A stretch of 59,055 nucleotides of DNA, the filler included. It is 8 parts of 8 records of this genome, joined end to end, with 100 filler letters (N's around TTAATTAATTAA, not from the genome) between each part and the next. Parts side by side here need not be neighbours in the genome. Positions count along the whole stretch, not along the records: positions 1 to 5,387 come from SRR31147125_3647; positions 5,488 to 15,914 come from SRR31147125_3651; 6 more parts are not named here. One strand, written 5' to 3'. The position numbers and the translations under genes were made by a program. Every line of letters starts with the position of its first letter. Within the stretch, counting starts at the first letter, position 1. Below, one piece after another: positions 1 through 10,215 of the stretch. The notes under the pieces were generated by a model, which ran no database searches, had not been told where the DNA came from, and was given only the letters and a program-made list of their open reading frames with translations.

Positions 1-219
1 TTTTTTTCCAGGGTAGAAGTGGAACAGTGGTTTTTTTTCAATAGGATCGAGATTTAAAGCTGTTACCAGCTCATAATTTTCAGTATAAAGTATGCCATTA
101 ACATTTTTACGAACCTTGCATATTCCTACTTTACCATCATTTATTACACAATTGTGTGGGCACAAAATACATCTGATTTGTTTATTCTCTAATGATTTCC
201 AATACATTGCTTCTTTCAT
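1..219 (-). CDS. amrS: AmmeMemoRadiSam system radical SAM enzyme, N-terminal part (truncated by window edge)
   Basis: Manual translation, absent from ORF track: MKEAMYWKSLENKQIRCILCPHNCVINDGKVGICKVRKNVNGILYTENYELVTALNLDPIEKKPLFHFYPGKK. The CxxCPxxC...C and DPIEKKPLFHFYPG motifs are typical of this family. GAGGAG RBS upstream; alternative ATG at 225. Confidence 0.9.
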   Translation of the reverse strand, partial: MKEAMYWKSLENKQIRCILCPHNCVINDGKVGICKVRKNVNGILYTENYELVTALNLDPIEKKPLFHFYPGKK

Positions 220-231
220 AGTCATACTCCT

Positions 232-749
232 CTAGTAGTATCTATCAACACTAAATTTATATATATCGACCTTTTCATTACTTGCATTGATTCCAGCCTT
301 ATTTTTAGCTATTTGTAACTGATAATCCACTGTGTCAACACCATCAAGATCAGGAAGTAAAACTCCTTTTCTATATCCGTCAGAAACAATTACACCAAAT
401 TTTTTACAATCTAATTCATCGATGCTATTTATTAGTTTTGGTTCAGAAAGAATATCTACATTTATTTCAAGATTATTAAGTTCTATTTCTGTTATTGGTA
501 AAAACCGTGGGTCTTCAGTTGAAGCAGCTATTGCATTATGTATAATCTCTTCTTTCAGGTTATCTCTATATGGGTATATTGTCCCGATACATCCCCTTAA
601 TTCATGGTTTTTGAGATGAATTGAAACAAAACAAGCTTTCTTTTTTTGAAATCTAAATCATCTGAGAAATCAATTTTAGCTATTTCCTTTGTTTTTATAT
701 ATGAATTAATAGTTTTTTCAGCTAATATAACATATTTTGATTTTTCCAT
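232..749 (-). CDS. amrA: AmmeMemoRadiSam system protein A (AMMECR1 domain), one frameshift at T7 run 641-647
   Basis: Manual translation: MEKSKYVILAEKTINSYIK.../KACFVSIHLKNHELRGCIGTIYP...NAIAASTEDPRF...GVLLPDLDGVDTVDYQLQIAKNKAGI. LRGCIGT and DPRF are AMMECR1 signatures. Span is 518 nt, one base short of frame. Confidence 0.88.
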
Positions 750-2377
750 TACTCCTCACTTTCATTAATATATGATTTTACTTGTTCGTATGTGTACATA
801 ATATGTCTGTTTAATCTTCGATATTTTGCTACTATATCAGAATAGATAGCTGTAGAGATTGGCTTATCCTCAATGACAACATCTGTTTCTAATTTTTCAT
901 TAATTTCTTTGCATTTTTTTAAGCCACCTTCAATTAAATGTTTATCCTTGCTTTTTAATACTTTTGCGAGAATCTCATAATTTTCTTCAATTGTTTCATG
1001 TAGTAGGGCTATTTTTTTCTTTTTAGAGACTTTTATATTGTTATTTTTTGCTTTTAAATAAAGTTTAACAAGTCCAGCTCCGTAGTCACCAAATGATTCA
1101 TACTGATCTGAAATCTCTATAAGGTGCTGAACCTCTATTAGTATGTTATTAGAAGACGAGTAACGTAGTAGTGCAGTTAATTGCTCTCTAATTCGAGCAT
1201 TGATTTTATCAAATTTTTGCTCCGTTGCTACAATATCTTCTGTTATTTGTTTTTGCTCTTCTTCGTTGATTTCTTTATCATTTTTAATAAGGTATATGAA
1301 TTTATCTAAAACTTCTTGAAATTCATCAGACATTTTTTCTATTTGTAAGCTACTTTTTTCCAAAACTATAAATGGTGTTTCAACTAACTGTTTTTCAAGC
1401 GAAGAGCTGACCTCTTCACTATCTCTTTCCGGCATTACTTTGTCCCATACATCTGCAATGAAAGAAGTGAATGGAAGTAAAATAAAACTATTTAAAACAT
1501 TAAAGATAGTGTGTGCAAAAGCAATGAAAGTGACAATATCTTCTGTTTTGGCTATTAGGTGAACTAATTTCACATATTGATGAAATAGTGGAATAACAAC
1601 CATTACACCAGTAATTTTTATCAATATATGTGAGTATGCAGCTTTTCTAGCTGTTGTACCTGTGCCAAGAGAAGCTAGAAATGCAGTAATAGTCGTACCA
1701 ATATTTTGTCCAAGGACAAGAGCTACAGCTGAATCTGCAGTAATAAGTCCCTGTGAAGCGAGTGTCATAGTAATTCCCACAGTAACAGCAGAAGATTGAA
1801 CAATTGCAGTAATAAATGCTCCTGTAATAGCAGAAAGGATTATTCCATAATATGATGATGCATCAAATTTTTGAAATAACAAAATAAATCCTTGCATTTC
1901 TTTTAAAGGGGCTATGCCATTTTTCATTAACTCTAGACCAAAGAAAATCATACCAAATCCCATTAAAAGTAGAGCTTTTTTTCTTGATTTGCTTTTTTTA
2001 ACGAATATGGAGAGTAGTGCTCCCAAGCCTGTTAGTGGTAAACCAAACTTACCAAGTTTAAGGACAAGAAGCCAACCAGTAAAGGTAGAGCCAATATTTG
2101 AGCCTAGTATAACTCCCAATGCTTGAGTGAGATTCATTAATGAGGCTTCGATGAAACCAACAACCATTACTGTTGTAACAGAGCTTGATTGTAAAATAGC
2201 AGTGATGATCATTCCGGAAATTAGTGCAGAAATTCTGTTACCAGTTATTTTTTTAATAAGTTCCCGTAGCTTATTTCCGGCTAAATCCTGAACATTTTTT
2301 GACATCAAATTCATACCATAAATAAAAACACCTAAACCACCAATTACTGCGAAGATAATATTAACTGTTAAAGACAT
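749..2377 (-). CDS. Na+/Pi cotransporter family protein with PhoU-like C-terminal region
   Basis: Two repeats TAILQSSS...GSNIGST and TAIVQSSA...GQNIGTT; many TM helices; helical hydrophilic tail. Stop overlaps amrA ATG (TAATG). Confidence 0.9.
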   Translation of the reverse strand: MSLTVNIIFAVIGGLGVFIYGMNLMSKNVQDLAGNKLRELIKKITGNRISALISGMIITAILQSSSVTTVMVVGFIEASLMNLTQALGVILGSNIGSTFTGWLLVLKLGKFGLPLTGLGALLSIFVKKSKSRKKALLLMGFGMIFFGLELMKNGIAPLKEMQGFILLFQKFDASSYYGIILSAITGAFITAIVQSSAVTVGITMTLASQGLITADSAVALVLGQNIGTTITAFLASLGTGTTARKAAYSHILIKITGVMVVIPLFHQYVKLVHLIAKTEDIVTFIAFAHTIFNVLNSFILLPFTSFIADVWDKVMPERDSEEVSSSLEKQLVETPFIVLEKSSLQIEKMSDEFQEVLDKFIYLIKNDKEINEEEQKQITEDIVATEQKFDKINARIREQLTALLRYSSSNNILIEVQHLIEISDQYESFGDYGAGLVKLYLKAKNNNIKVSKKKKIALLHETIEENYEILAKVLKSKDKHLIEGGLKKCKEINEKLETDVVIEDKPISTAIYSDIVAKYRRLNRHIMYTYEQVKSYINESEE

Positions 2378-2561
2378 AAAATCACTCTCCTTCAGTATAA
2401 GAAGATGTAAATAAATAATAACTGTTACTTATATTTACGGAATAAATCCTAAATTCTTCTTTTTTTAGTGCAAAATATAGAAAGAAAAGCAAAAATTATT
2501 GTGGCAATATAGATGTATATAGTTGATAGAATTAATATGAAATAATAAAAACGACAGATGA

Positions 2562-2795
2562 GGCAGTCGTGATAATTTTGATATCGATGACGTTTATGTT
2601 TCGAGAGAAGAACTTGATGATATTGCCTATTCGCTAAATATTTCTTATCAAGATGACGTAGATGGCTATTATTGGGAATTAAATGGTCTTAGTGAAAAAG
2701 AAGTTAATTTTGATTTAATTGAAATGATGATAAACGAGCATGAGATAGAGTATAGCGATAGAAAAATGCATATAGAGTTGGTTAAACAAAAATAG
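2562..2795 (+). other. Open acidic ~77-codon frame without a normal start (gene remnant or small gene with damaged 5' end)
   Basis: GSRDNFDIDDVYVSREELDDIAYSLNISYQDDVDGYYWELNGLSEKEVNFDLIEMMINEHEIEYSDRKMHIELVKQK*, stop-free in very AT-rich DNA and followed by a terminator hairpin. Confidence 0.4.
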
Positions 2796-2803
2796 CGATA
2801 GAA

Positions 2804-2830
2804 AAATCCCCTATTACACTTAGGGGATTT
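2804..2830. terminator. Bidirectional intrinsic terminator hairpin
   Basis: AAATCCCCTA-ttacact-TAGGGGATTT, perfect 10-bp stem between convergent frames. Confidence 0.75.
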
Positions 2831-2844
2831 ATATATATATATTA

Positions 2845-5087
2845 TTATAATTTCAGTTCTTCTTTTTTTATAAGTTTTTCAATTACCTCAGGGTACAAAG
2901 GCTTATGAAAATAATAACCTTGCGCTATATGAACATTCATTGATTTCATAAGTTTTAGTTGCTCTTTTGTTTCAACACCCTCTGCAACGATACTTAAGTT
3001 TAAGCTTTTTGCTAAGTTTACAATGATTTTAGAGATAGTTCCATCGTCTTTTTCTGGAAAATCTTTTACAAATGTTCTGTCGATTTTTAATGTGTCAACA
3101 GGGAAGTTTTTAAGGTAACTAAGTGACGAGTATCCTGTACCAAAGTCATCAATTGAGAGTTTAAACCCATGAGCTCTAAATTGATTAAGTTTAGTTGTTG
3201 TTTTCTTTAAATCTTCCACCAGAGTTCCTTCTGTGATTTCTATCTCAAGATCTGATGGCTCTAAGTTGTATTTGTCCAGAAATTCAATAATCTCTTCAAC
3301 AATCTTGTCATTTTTGAATTGTATTGGTGATAAGTTAATAGCAATATGACCTATCTCAACTCCAGCATTTCTCCATTTTCTCATCTGCGAACATGCTTCA
3401 TTAATCACCCATGTACCAATACTTGCGATCTCTCCGTTTTCCTCTGCTATTGGAATAAATTCAAAAGGAGAAATGATTCCATTTTTAGCATGTTGCCATC
3501 TAATGAGGGTTTCCACTCCAATAATGTCCTCTGTAAATATATTAACCTTAGGTTGATAAACTAAGAAAAGTTCATTATAATCAATAGCATATTTCAAGGC
3601 ATTTGATAGTTCCAATTTTCTTTTAGAATCACTACTTAGATTACTTGAGTAAAAATGATAGTTATTCTTTCCATTATTTTTTATATGCTCAAGAGCGGTG
3701 TGTGCATTTTTTATGATATCCTCAGTTGTACCTCCATCAGTTGGGTATACTGCAATACCCATACTAGTTGAAACCTTATATTCAGTGCTATTTATTAGAA
3801 ATGGTTTTTTCATTACCTGTTTTATCTGTTCTGCAATAAAACTAATTTTTTCTGCGTTTTCTGCATCAGGAATTACAATTGCAAATTCATCGCCACTGAT
3901 TCTAGCAAACGTATGGTCACTTCGAAGTGATGTAGACACTCTTTCAGTTACGTTGCAAATTAATTCATCACCTGAGGAATAATCGAAATATTTATTTATA
4001 TCTTTAAAGTTATCAATATCAAAATAGATGAAACCAACGTTTTTCTTATTTATATCCGCTTTTAAAAAAGCCTGGGTTAGTCGATCTCTCATTAAAAATT
4101 GATTTGGTAAATTAGTTAATAAATCGTAATTACCTAGTTTATGTATACTTTTTTTATTTTCCCTTAGTTCTGTTAAATCTTCAAACATTCCCATATACAT
4201 ACTTTCATTTTTTTTAACATGAATTTTTGAAAAGATTGTCCAACATGGGAAGATTTCACCATTTTTCTTTCTTAACCAGAGTTCTCCCCGCCATTCATTG
4301 TTTTTAATTAAGGAATTTGATATATTCTTAACAGAGTTTTCAGAATGAATAAAGGAGTCAAGAGTCTCAAGTTCAACATTCAATATATCTTTTGAATCAA
4401 AAAGAGTTATGTTGCAAAATGCCTGATTAGCTCTTATAATTTTCTTTTTATGATCAAAAATAATAATTCCATCTTTTGAGTTGTCAAAAACTTCATCACT
4501 AAGTAAAGAATCCCTATGAAATGCCTTAAATTTTGTTATATCTTGTGCGATTCCTCCAATTAAATTTAAGGAATTATTTTCATCTGTTATAGGAAATTTA
4601 GAACATAAAAAAGTTTTTTCGTTATAATCAAACTCAAAAGGTTTTGAAGTTCCATTTTTAAGAATTTTGTTATCTGTATTTTCAAGTTCTTCACTTAAAG
4701 TAGCAGGAAAAATATCTTTTGTTCTTTTCCCCACAATCTCTTCTTGATTTAGGTCAGATAGAAACTTTGAGTTTGCTAAAAAATATTCTCCGTTAAGTTT
4801 TTTTATAAAAACCCATAGGTTAGAGTTATCAATTATTGCCTGAATCATGCTGTAATACTTATTTTTTCTTTTTCCTCTTTGTTTCTTTTTCTTACTTCTG
4901 ACAAGAGTAAGAAATAGATAAGGGAAGTGCTGATGATTACAAAAGTTAAACCTTTATAAGTTTGAAGTTTTGTAAGTAAATCAGGATCTTTAACTAAAGA
5001 GCTCAAAATGGTATCAGATAGTTTTACCCATAGTGTACTAAATATAAAATATAATCCGCTAACTTTAAGTAAAGGCGAAATTTTCAT
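2845..5087 (-). CDS. Membrane-anchored PAS-PAS-GGDEF-EAL c-di-GMP enzyme (ORFs 4845-5105 and 2845-4848 joined; frameshift at T6 run 4862-4867)
   Basis: N-terminal 2-TM segment (LWVKLSD...QTYKG) typical of sensor anchors; PAS (WRGELWLRKKNGE); YDLLTNLPN, SGDEF, ETLIRW, DDFGTGYSS, AEGVET, QGYYF. One extra A gives ...KEKNKYYSMIQA. GGAGG RBS before ATG 5087. Confidence 0.85.
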
Positions 5088-5310
5088 AATTCTACTAACC
5101 TCCAAAAAATAGTGCTGTAAAATTTAATGTGTACTGGTATAGTAAATTATACCAAAGTAAACTAAAATTATCAATAAATAGTAAAAAGTTGTCAATTTTT
5201 ACTATTTTATTTTTTTGTTAAAAGAGAAAAATTATGAAAAAGTTTATATTTTGTGCGGAAAATGAAAGTAATTTCTATTAATGACTTTTTTAAAAAATAA
5301 TCATTTTTTG

Positions 5311-5339
5311 TTGACTTTAATGGGGTGGTGTGGTAATAT
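5311..5339 (+). promoter_or_regulatory. Sigma70-type promoter with extended -10, pointing off the contig end
   Basis: TTGACT (5311-5316), 17-nt spacer ending TGG, TAATAT (5334-5339); AT-rich UP-like region upstream. Confidence 0.6.
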
Positions 5340-5387
5340 TAGTCTCAAGAAAGCAGGATAAATAAATTTTATACCAACATAATAACC

Positions 5388-5487
5388 NNNNNNNNNNNNN
5401 NNNNNNNNNNNNNNNNNNNNNNNNNNNNNNNTTAATTAATTAANNNNNNNNNNNNNNNNNNNNNNNNNNNNNNNNNNNNNNNNNNNN
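5388..5487. other. Artificial contig spacer
   Basis: 44 N + TTAATTAATTAA (stops in all six frames) + 44 N. Confidence 0.99.
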
Positions 5488-5488
5488 G

Positions 5489-5932
5489 GTCAAGACAGAT
5501 CATATCTTGTTTATTGCTTCCGGAGCGTTTCATGTATCCAAACCCTCGGATCTGATTCCGGAGTTACAGGGGCGATTCCCCATTCGTGTAGAACTTCATA
5601 GCCTTACCGCTGATGATTTTAAGCGTATTCTTGTAGAACCGAAAAATGCGCTCATTAAACAGTATTTGGCACTTGTTAATAGTGAAAATGTTAAAATTAA
5701 TTTTACCAAAGGTGCAATAAGCGAAATCGCGGATATCGCATCAGAGGTAAATGAGCGTGCCGAGAATATAGGAGCACGCCGTCTTCATACCATTATGAGC
5801 ATTGTACTGGATGAGATTCTTTTTGATTTGCCAGATACTGATATAAAAAGTATTCGTATTGATAAAAACATGGTGAGAAATAAACTTCAGGATGTCATCG
5901 CAGATGAAGATTTGAGTGAATACATCCTGTAA
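5489..5932 (+). CDS. hslU: ATP-dependent protease ATPase subunit HslU, C-terminal part
   Basis: [36 protein letters not shown]...[10 protein letters not shown]...EDLSEYIL. Confidence 0.96.
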   Translation, partial: VKTDHILFIASGAFHVSKPSDLIPELQGRFPIRVELHSLTADDFKRILVEPKNALIKQYLALVNSENVKINFTKGAISEIADIASEVNERAENIGARRLHTIMSIVLDEILFDLPDTDIKSIRIDKNMVRNKLQDVIADEDLSEYIL

Positions 5933-5983
5933 AATACAATTCAAACGATTACAAAAAAAGAATTTATACTTGCGGAGGGTCCT

Positions 5984-6904
5984 GTGAAAAAGGATTTTTT
6001 AGCTATCCCGGATTTTAGCAGGGAAGAGATCGATGCAACCTTTGCACTTGCAAGGGAGCTCAAAGAAAAGACAAAAAATCGTGAGGAACATCATATATTA
6101 AAAGGCCAGACATTGGCCATGATATTTCAAAAACCATCGGCTCGAACCCGCATCTCCTTCGAGGTGGGCATGTATCAGTTAGGTGGTCACGCTCTTTATC
6201 TTGCTCCTACAGATATTGGACTCGGGAAGCGTGAATCTGTCGCTGATGTTGCGCGTGTTGTGGCACGTTTTTGTGATGGAATTATGGCCCGGGTTTTTGG
6301 CCATGAAATTGTCACAGAATTAGCCCGGTTTTCCGATGTTCCTGTAATAAATGGGTTGTCAGATTTTTTGCATCCATGTCAAATTATGGGTGATATGCTG
6401 ACAATACTGGAACACAAGGGAAGAACAGATGATATAACAATCACCTATATTGGCGATGGCAATAACGTTGCGAATTCATGGATTAATTTAGCACAGCTGA
6501 TTCCATTTACATTACGCCTGGCCGTACCTGAGGGCTTTGAACCAGACGAGACGTTATTAAAGCAAGCCAAAGATAAAGGCGCGAGCGATATTCATATTCT
6601 TCATGACCCCTATACGGCTGTTGAGAATACGGATGTTATTTACACCGACGTTTGGGCCAGCATGGGTCAGGAAGATGAAGCGCTGGAAAGAAAGAAAATT
6701 TTTGCACCGTTTCGTGTCGATGAAAAACTTGTCTCACACGCTGCTGACGATGCAATTGTAATGCATTGTTTGCCTGCACATAGAGGCGATGAAATAACTG
6801 ACGGAGTTATGGATGGTCCTCATTCCGTGGTGTTTGATGAAGCGGAAAATAGAATGCATATACAAAAAGCAATTATGGTTAAGCTGATGTCGAAAAATAG
6901 TTAG
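5984..6904 (+). CDS. argF: Ornithine carbamoyltransferase
   Basis: FQKPSARTRISFE (SxRT), HPCQ, GDGNNVA, DVWASMG, HCLP, AENRMH; GTG start after GGAGG. Confidence 0.92.
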   Translation: MKKDFLAIPDFSREEIDATFALARELKEKTKNREEHHILKGQTLAMIFQKPSARTRISFEVGMYQLGGHALYLAPTDIGLGKRESVADVARVVARFCDGIMARVFGHEIVTELARFSDVPVINGLSDFLHPCQIMGDMLTILEHKGRTDDITITYIGDGNNVANSWINLAQLIPFTLRLAVPEGFEPDETLLKQAKDKGASDIHILHDPYTAVENTDVIYTDVWASMGQEDEALERKKIFAPFRVDEKLVSHAADDAIVMHCLPAHRGDEITDGVMDGPHSVVFDEAENRMHIQKAIMVKLMSKNS

Positions 6905-6915
6905 GGAAAAGCGTT

Positions 6916-7884
6916 TTGTCGATTGAAATCAGATCTTTTCAGCAAAATGATTCCAGAGAATGGGATGATTTTGTCTGGAATTCGAACAATGGAACACTCT
7001 TTCATACAAGAAAATTTTTAGAATATCATCCACCAGAAAGATTTACAGATCATTCACTCAGTTTTTACGATGGAAATAAAAGAATTGCCCTTTTTCCAGC
7101 GATAGACTATAACGACAATGGAAAACGAGTCTTGATTTCCCACCGGGGTGCTTCTTACGGTGGTTTTATAATCAAAGATACACTGTCGATCAGGGATTCA
7201 TTCGATCTGGTAAAAAAAATAATCAGCTATGCACGAGAATCCGGATTTGATTCGATTGATTTGACGCCACCACCTCAGATCTATCTCCGGAGGCCGAGTA
7301 ATTATATCGATTTTGCCTTGCAGCAAAATGGATTTTCTTATCGAAAAAGAGAGATTTCAAGTGTCATTCCTCTTGATTTTAGTGCAAATGAAATAGACAA
7401 GTCCTTTAATGAAAGTTCACGTCGTGCTGTCAGGAGAGCTCAAAAGTTGGGCGTAGAGGTTCGGGAGTCGGAAGATTATGCCGAGTTTTATCGTATTCTT
7501 AAAAAGAATTTAAGGCTTCGGCATGATGTAAGCCCGACTCATACCCTTGAAGAGCTTTTGCTAATTAAAAAAATATTCCCGGATAGAATAAAGCTCTTTG
7601 CCGCTTATTTTCAAGATACGATGGTGGCCGGTGTTGTTATGTTTGTATGTAATCCCCGGGTAGTACTGGCTTTTTATATTAGTCATAATGAGGAATATCA
7701 ACAATACCGTGGTGTGAATATCCTTTTTCATGATATTTGCAAGTGGGGTATTGAGGAGGGTTATTCTTTTCTGGATTTTGGCATATTTACCGTCAATGAA
7801 GATCCAAATTGGGGCCTGGCACGATTTAAAGAGAGTTTTGGTGCGCAAGGTGTTTTTCGTGACAGCTGGCGTTTTGAGTTTTAA
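6916..7884 (+). CDS. GNAT/FemAB-like acyl- or aminoacyl-transferase associated with cell-surface glycan genes
   Basis: WDDFV...NGTLFH, SHRGASYGG, RRAVRRAQKLGV, LDFGI...GLARFKESFGA. Confidence 0.78.
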   Translation: MSIEIRSFQQNDSREWDDFVWNSNNGTLFHTRKFLEYHPPERFTDHSLSFYDGNKRIALFPAIDYNDNGKRVLISHRGASYGGFIIKDTLSIRDSFDLVKKIISYARESGFDSIDLTPPPQIYLRRPSNYIDFALQQNGFSYRKREISSVIPLDFSANEIDKSFNESSRRAVRRAQKLGVEVRESEDYAEFYRILKKNLRLRHDVSPTHTLEELLLIKKIFPDRIKLFAAYFQDTMVAGVVMFVCNPRVVLAFYISHNEEYQQYRGVNILFHDICKWGIEEGYSFLDFGIFTVNEDPNWGLARFKESFGAQGVFRDSWRFEF

Positions 7885-7933
7885 AAAAAGATGTTTTGCA
7901 TAATCTTTGATGCAAACGTGCTATATTATTCAG

Positions 7934-7975
7934 CGGTCAAAAGATGGAACCAATATCTTTTGACCGTTATGTTTT
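7934..7975 (+). terminator. Intrinsic terminator
   Basis: CGGTCAAAAGAT / ATCTTTTGACCG 12-bp perfect stem followed by TTATGTTTT. Confidence 0.65.
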
Positions 7976-8005
7976 CTGAGCAATAAAAAATCACGTTCCT
8001 GGAAA

Positions 8006-9079
8006 ATGAAACCAAAAATATTACATATAGCTCCGATGAATACCTCAGGAGTACCTGGACAATTTGTACAAGCCGAACGGCAGATGGGTTGCCACAGTCG
8101 CCTCGTCACGCTTTTTAAAGATCGTCGGGGCTATTTTGAGGATATTTGCCTCAATTTACCCTTTATTGATTTTTCCGGTACAAAATGGATTAAAAAAATT
8201 GTGTCGGATCCCAAAAAATTAAAAGTGAATAATTATCTCACTATTCCGGCAAGTTTACCTTTAACCTGGAAACCACATTCTGCAGCCGAGTCTTATTTGA
8301 TCCATCTGCGGGATTATTTATGGCGTAATCAAATTGAAAAAGCCATTGAAAAGTATGCGCTTGATCAATATGATGTTTATCAGTTGGATGGCGGGCTTTG
8401 TTTTTATCGGGGTGCGCATTTTATTACGAAAATGAAGCAGCTGGGCAAGAAAATTATATGCTGTTATACCGGTAGTGATTTGCGAACCCGTGGTGTTATT
8501 TCAGCAATTGACTCGATTGCAGATGTAACAGTCAGTGTAGAATGGGATCATATGCTGCTGCATCCAAACATTCATCATGTGTTTTTTCCGTTTGATCCAG
8601 GCACATACAAGAGGACTGATGCGTCACGGGGAAAGACAATCTGTATTGGACATGCACCAACTAATCGGCAAGCCAAAGGAAGCGATATCATAATCCCGAT
8701 TTTAGAGGAACTGGCCAGAGAATGTGATGTCAAGGTTGCGCTGATACAAAATGTGCCTTTTAAACAAGCCATTCAAATGAAGAGTCAATGCGATATCTTT
8801 GTCGATCAAATAGGTGATCTGGGATATGGTATTAATTCCCTGGAATCTTTGGCGATGGGCATTGCAACATGTTCTTGTCTGGCCCCGGGTTTTGAAGCAA
8901 CATATCCGGATCATCCGTTTATTGTTGTTGATGAAAAAAATTTGAAAGAAAAATTGATGTCTCTGATAAAGAATGCAGAGAAGCGAGCCAGAAAAGGGGA
9001 TGAAGGTCGGGAATGGGTCATGCGAACACATGACGCTAAAAATAGTGTTCACCAAATTCACAAGTTAGCTGGTATTTAA
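8006..9079 (+). CDS. GT-B fold glycosyltransferase (GT4-like)
   Basis: GSDLR, IGHAPTNRQAKG, CDIFVDQ...YGINSLESLAMG. Confidence 0.8.
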   Translation: MKPKILHIAPMNTSGVPGQFVQAERQMGCHSRLVTLFKDRRGYFEDICLNLPFIDFSGTKWIKKIVSDPKKLKVNNYLTIPASLPLTWKPHSAAESYLIHLRDYLWRNQIEKAIEKYALDQYDVYQLDGGLCFYRGAHFITKMKQLGKKIICCYTGSDLRTRGVISAIDSIADVTVSVEWDHMLLHPNIHHVFFPFDPGTYKRTDASRGKTICIGHAPTNRQAKGSDIIIPILEELARECDVKVALIQNVPFKQAIQMKSQCDIFVDQIGDLGYGINSLESLAMGIATCSCLAPGFEATYPDHPFIVVDEKNLKEKLMSLIKNAEKRARKGDEGREWVMRTHDAKNSVHQIHKLAGI

Positions 9080-9096
9080 ATGACTCTATAAAAATT

Positions 9097-10215
9097 ATGA
9101 ATATTCTGTTTGTTAATACGATTCAAATGTTTGGCGGCGGAGAAGTATGGATGCTTCGCACACTAAAAGAACTACAAAAGCGGGGACACAATGTGGCCTT
9201 GCTTTGCAGACCTCATACTAAAGTTAGCAGACGTGCTTCTGAAAAGGGCATTAAAGTTTTCACAATAAAGTTCGGGGGAGATCTGGAGCCACGTGCTATT
9301 TTAAAAACATATCGGATTATAAAAAAGGAAAATTTTCAAATTATCCTTGCTAATATGGATAAAGGATTAAGAGTGGCGGGTCTCGCGGCAAAGATTGCAG
9401 GAAACTGTTGTGTGATTCCACGTCGGGGTATTGATTTTCCTTTGAAAAATAAAATCCATTACCGGTTGAGCTACAACTGGCTTGCAGATGTCATTATCGC
9501 AAATTCAAAAGCGACAAAAAATTCCTTGTTGAAAAATGCACCCTGGTTAAATCCTGAGAAAATCTGTGTCATTTATAACGGTATCAATCCATCAGCTTTT
9601 TCCAGCCCTGCTAATGAAGATTTAAAGACAAAATGGGGCATACCTTCTCATCATGCTGTGCTGGGATTTGTTGGTCAATTAGATGAGAGAAAAGGAATTG
9701 ATACCCTCATGTCTGCTTTTGCGTCCGCAGCTGAGAAAAATCAAAATCTTCATCTTGTCCTCGCAGGTGAAGGCCCAAAGCAGGTTTTTATTCAAGAGTT
9801 CGCTTTGAAACGACATCTTTCCAATAGAGTTCATCTTTTGGGATTTCAAGAGAACGTAGAGGAATTAATGAAGGCAATTGATATCCTGATTTTGCCTTCT
9901 CTCTGGGAAGGATTTGGTATCGTGTTAATAGAAGCAATGGCAGCTGGCAAACCTGCGATAACGACCAACGTAAGTTCCATGCCCGAAATTGTTGCGAATG
10001 ATATAACCGGTAAGGTCGTGCCTGTCGAGGATCAGGAGAGCCTGGCAAATGCGATATATGAATTATCTAGTGATCCGAACAAAGTATTGGAAATGGGCCG
10101 AAAAGGACGCCAGCGTGTCCTGGATATGTTTACCATTGAACATATGGTGGACGAGCTGGAACACGTGTTTGAAACCTGTTTAAAAACGAAATTAACAAAA
10201 GGTGATATCTCGTGA
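9097..10215 (+). CDS. Glycosyltransferase family 4
   Basis: GGGE N-terminus, VIYNGI, VGQLDERKG, PSLWEGFGIVLIEAMAAG (ExxxxxxxE). Confidence 0.92.
   Translation: MNILFVNTIQMFGGGEVWMLRTLKELQKRGHNVALLCRPHTKVSRRASEKGIKVFTIKFGGDLEPRAILKTYRIIKKENFQIILANMDKGLRVAGLAAKIAGNCCVIPRRGIDFPLKNKIHYRLSYNWLADVIIANSKATKNSLLKNAPWLNPEKICVIYNGINPSAFSSPANEDLKTKWGIPSHHAVLGFVGQLDERKGIDTLMSAFASAAEKNQNLHLVLAGEGPKQVFIQEFALKRHLSNRVHLLGFQENVEELMKAIDILILPSLWEGFGIVLIEAMAAGKPAITTNVSSMPEIVANDITGKVVPVEDQESLANAIYELSSDPNKVLEMGRKGRQRVLDMFTIEHMVDELEHVFETCLKTKLTKGDIS

Noticed and set aside
332-619. 95-aa plus-strand ORF
   Set aside because: Antisense shadow of amrA, which carries clear AMMECR1 motifs.
1-5387. Alternative genetic code (TGA reassigned) for contig 1
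   Set aside because: The long genes read through in the standard code with Trp as TGG and no internal TGA; only the short 2523-2795 frame has in-frame TGAs.
6128-6160. SART instead of STRT in ArgF as a sign of a novel carbamoyltransferase
   Set aside because: The second position of SxRT varies among OTCases, and the ornithine-site motifs SMG and HCLP are canonical.
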